A stretch of DNA of 64,000 bases from the NCBI GenBank assembly GCA_963707985.1, contig CAVPRW010000046.1, forward strand, positions 64,001 through 128,000. Reading direction: 5' to 3'. This document shows, piece by piece, positions 60,860 through 64,000 of this stretch. This DNA comes from an uncultured Nitrospinota bacterium. GTDB lineage: Bacteria; Tectomicrobia; Entotheonellia; J063; CAVPRW01. Both the position numbers and the translations under genes were made by a program. Position 1 is the stretch's first letter. Every line of letters starts with the position of its first letter. Below the pieces are notes generated by a model. That model did not search any database and had not been told where the DNA came from. It saw only the letters and a list, made by a program, of their open reading frames with translations.

Positions 60860-61816
60860 ATGAATCACCAGGTTGACATGAATCACCAGGATTGGCTGGC
60901 GCAGGCAGGCATCTATGCGCTTGGGGCATTGGACAGCGACGAGCTTCTCGCCTTTGAAGCCCATCTGGCTGCGGGTTGCCCCGAGTGCGAAGCGCACCTA
61001 CGCCAGACGCGTGAGGCCCTCACCCTTCTGCCGCATGCACTCGAGCCGATCACTCCGCCGGCGACGGTCAGAGCACGACTGCTGGCACAGATCGCCGCCG
61101 AGGCTGCCATGCCGCAACCGATCACGCGTCTCCCCAGGCGGCCGTGGTGGAGGATGGGGGTGAGCGCATTGGCGGCGGCCGGCTTGCTCGTGGCCTTGAG
61201 CGTCAAGCTCTATCAAATGCGGCAGGAGGTGCAGCACCTCCAGGGGCAAGTGGCGACGCTACAAGCCACGATCACGGACCGAGAAGCGGCCCTCGCGGCT
61301 GAGCGGCATGAACTGCAACGCGCCACCGAGCTGGTGGCGAGCCTGCGGGCAGAATTGGCCAAACGTGAGGAAACACTTGAGGCGGACCGACGCGAACGCG
61401 AGCGTATCGAGCGCGTCGTGGCGACGATGCAGGGTGAGATCGTCGAGCGCGAAGCGGCGCTTCGCCTACTCTCGACTCCACAGGTAAGCTTGGTGCGCTT
61501 GACTGGGCTGTCGCCTAGCCCACGCGCCAACGCTCATCTGCTATGGAACCCTGCCGCACAAACAGGCGTGCTGTCGACCTCCGGTCTGCCCCAAATCCCA
61601 CGCGACCGAGTCTACGAGTTGTGGGCGTTTGCCGGTAACGAACCCGTACCGGCGGGGATTTTCCAGGTGGATGAGGCGGGTCACAGCTTCCTACGACTGC
61701 CATCCCTGCCACCTCCGCCAAGAGGCAAGCGCTATGGCAAGTTTGCCGTGACCAGCGAACCGGCCGGCGGTGTGCCCAAACCCACCGGCCAAGTGCATCT
61801 GTTGGGAAGCTTATAG
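60860..61816 (+). CDS. RskA-like anti-sigma factor
   Basis: FEAHLAAGCPEC, TM helix, YELW..PVPAG and FAVTSEPAGG..PTG motifs. Confidence 0.9.
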   Translation: MNHQVDMNHQDWLAQAGIYALGALDSDELLAFEAHLAAGCPECEAHLRQTREALTLLPHALEPITPPATVRARLLAQIAAEAAMPQPITRLPRRPWWRMGVSALAAAGLLVALSVKLYQMRQEVQHLQGQVATLQATITDREAALAAERHELQRATELVASLRAELAKREETLEADRRERERIERVVATMQGEIVEREAALRLLSTPQVSLVRLTGLSPSPRANAHLLWNPAAQTGVLSTSGLPQIPRDRVYELWAFAGNEPVPAGIFQVDEAGHSFLRLPSLPPPPRGKRYGKFAVTSEPAGGVPKPTGQVHLLGSL

Positions 61817-61842
61817 TCGGCAAGCCCCAACGTTGGTGCGGC

Positions 61843-62854
61843 TCAGCGACAGAATGGCAGCACGCGTTCCCCGAAGAGCCTGAGAGCTTGCAGGATGTTT
61901 GCATGCGGTGGTCCGCCTGAGTGGGCATGGCGGAGCCGCAGCAGAAAATAGTCCGCCCCCGTGGCTTCATGCCAGCGCTGGAATTCGCGTACACACGTCT
62001 CGGGATCACCAAGAATGAGGCGATTAGGGGCCAGGTTCTCCAAGGTAAACTCGACTTCGGGTCCGATGCTGCGGAACTCTGCGAGGCGGTTCTGCCAGTA
62101 GTAGCGATAGGCGGTCATGACCTCCGGTCCATACACTGCCGCGGCCTCAGCATGGGTCTCGGCCACCCAGGCGTCCCGCATCAGTACCACTTGGGGTTGA
62201 CGTCCAACCCCAAGGGCGGCCTGCCGGTAGGTGTTGATCAGGCGCAGTGTGCTCTCCAGAGTCGGCGCTAGGGGTCGCCACGAAGGCGTCGCCGAGGTGT
62301 CCGGCCCGGCGTACGGCAGTAGGAACACTGGCGCCAATCCACAGCGGCGGAGTCGGCGTTTGGTACGGCCGGGGGTGGATGCGTATATTGTCCAGTTGGT
62401 AGTGCCGGCCATGAAACGTGAAGGGCTCGCCACTCCAGCACTTGCGGATGATCTCGACCCCCTCCTCGAACAGCGCCACGCGGTGTTCCATGGGGACGGC
62501 GAACGCCTGAAAGTCGGCAGCTTGATAGCCGATCCCAACGCCCAGGATGACACGTCCTTTGGAGACGAGATCGAGCGTGATCACATCCTCCGCCAGGTGC
62601 ACCGGGTGATGCAGGGGTAGGAGAATCACCGAGGTGCCGACGTTCAACCGGCGCGTCTGGGCTGCCACCGCCGTCGCTACAATCAGCGGTGAGGGTAGGA
62701 ACCCATCTTTGTCCTGATGGTGCTCGCCAAAGAAGCAGGCATCAAACCCACACTCCTCAGCGAGCTGAGCTTCGGCGATGACCTCGTCGATGCAACGATC
62801 TAAATGCTCCCCGCGTGGCGGGTTGGCAATCGAGCTATAGATGCCGAATTTCAT
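61843..62854 (-). pseudogene. LLM-class flavin-dependent oxidoreductase, frameshifted near 62265
   Basis: MKFG..GFD..GEHH..PSP..HPVHLAE; C-terminus in another frame. Confidence 0.88.
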
Positions 62855-63389
62855 GCGGTGCCTCCATTCTTGTGCGGGCAGTCAGCTTGTCCCTGGCAGA
62901 CGCGACATGCTTCCCCGCTATGGTACTGTGTGCATTCGGCATGTGGCTAGCACGAAATCAATCCATCTGTTATGAGTATCCATGCTCAGTGGATGCCCCA
63001 AGCATGATGTCATCGAAGTGGGGACCTGGTGTCGGCCCCCAGTGCGGAACCAAGGAACCTTATTGGCCATGGTCGCACCTCGTTTCCTTCTTTGGCACCA
63101 AAACTCCCCACAACAGCCTGTCTCATCGTCATTTGTGGTGAGCCGGAGTGTGGCGGGTACATTCTCCTGGTATCGCGTGGCCGCATGGCGCTCACTTGCC
63201 AGTGGTCTCTGCTCTCCACGCCTTCAGAGCATGGCCCCGGCGCTCCCGAACCAGTGCCAGAAAGGTGTGGATCAGGGGATAGGCGCTCGCGAAACCTGGA
63301 TCCATCTGGCAGAGCGGGTCGAGATACGGTCGTGCCTCCACGGAGCACTTCGCGGCTGGACAGACGACGGCGAAGGAGACGGCACGGGC

Positions 63390-63480
63390 AGACGGCTGAT
63401 GCCCAGCTGGCGTGCGATGGTAGCTAACGGCACCCCTTGTGTTCGAAGCGCCTGCACCTCCTCATCGGTCGCGACCCATC
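63390..63480 (-). pseudogene. ISL3-like transposase HTH remnant
   Basis: EEVQALRTQGVPLATIARQLGISR resembles the HTH of the ISL3 fragment near 7350-7430. Confidence 0.45.
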
Positions 63481-64000
63481 CGGCATGCCGGGACCGCTGT
63501 CCCATCCCCGCTATATAGGCCTCACGGGCACCGAGGTATCTTCAACGGTGACGTCCGCATGGCAGATCCCGTCGGTGAGTGGGAGTAGTCCAGTGATCAA
63601 GGGCTGGCGGGGAAGGGGCATAGCCAGAGGCTGGTATATCCGCAAATCGTCTCCGCGGATTTGAACGATTTCATCTGCAAAATATCTCTGGTCAGCCTAT
63701 CATTGACACTCGCGGGAGGGAAGCATCGGCCCGTGGGAGGGTGCATTACGCCCCTCGTGAGTTGATTTCTCTTGATTTTTCTGGCATTTCCTCTAAGCTG
63801 ACGTGGCATTGTGAGTTCTCGGGCATTCCTCGCTGCTGTGGAGCGGACACCCCTTGAGAGCGTCAAAAATGCATGTGTGTGGCCAAACATGGCTAGGACT
63901 TCCCTGACGCTGGTGGGGCATTGCGCCGACTCACCGGCACCTCTCCTCAGGCCGACGCCTGCCACGGGCCATGAGGCCGAAATCCTTGATGTATCAGACC

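Noticed and set aside
63790..63853. Possible Tn3-like end (GGGGTGTCCGC on the minus strand)
   Set aside because: No partner repeat or transposase in the window supports it.

Overview
GC-rich bacterial window dense in insertion sequences and pseudogenes. Gene content resembles soil Tectomicrobia/Entotheonella-like or Chloroflexi-like genomes, but this is inference and no marker gene is present. From left to right it holds: toxin-antitoxin and IS debris (0-8.3 kb); a DUF3142 plus large TPR-like gene pair; a small catabolic cluster with BoxC/REP-like hairpins; a decayed TIR / AAA_35 / NACHT-FGE(C-type lectin) locus whose 3' end looks like a diversity-generating retroelement (DGR) target; IS701, a UDG and a HelY helicase; a TA/RAYT patch bracketed by a 39-bp direct repeat; an ATP-grasp locus; a CDF transporter, a broken tatABC, an APH plus ABC pair and a chromate-resistance cluster; and a DUF4331-TPR-Ni/Co transporter operon flanked by two ECF sigma/anti-sigma pairs. 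The top candidate for an undescribed system is the ATP-grasp locus. There a ~1,200-aa IPT/TIG-repeat protein ends in graspetide-like Lys/Asp/Glu repeats and lies upstream of a small Trp/Cys-tailed peptide and two ATP-grasp genes. The second candidate is the apparently DGR-diversified NLR-like receptor. No rRNA, tRNA, CRISPR array or reverse transcriptase was seen. All family calls come from motif recognition by eye, not from database searches.
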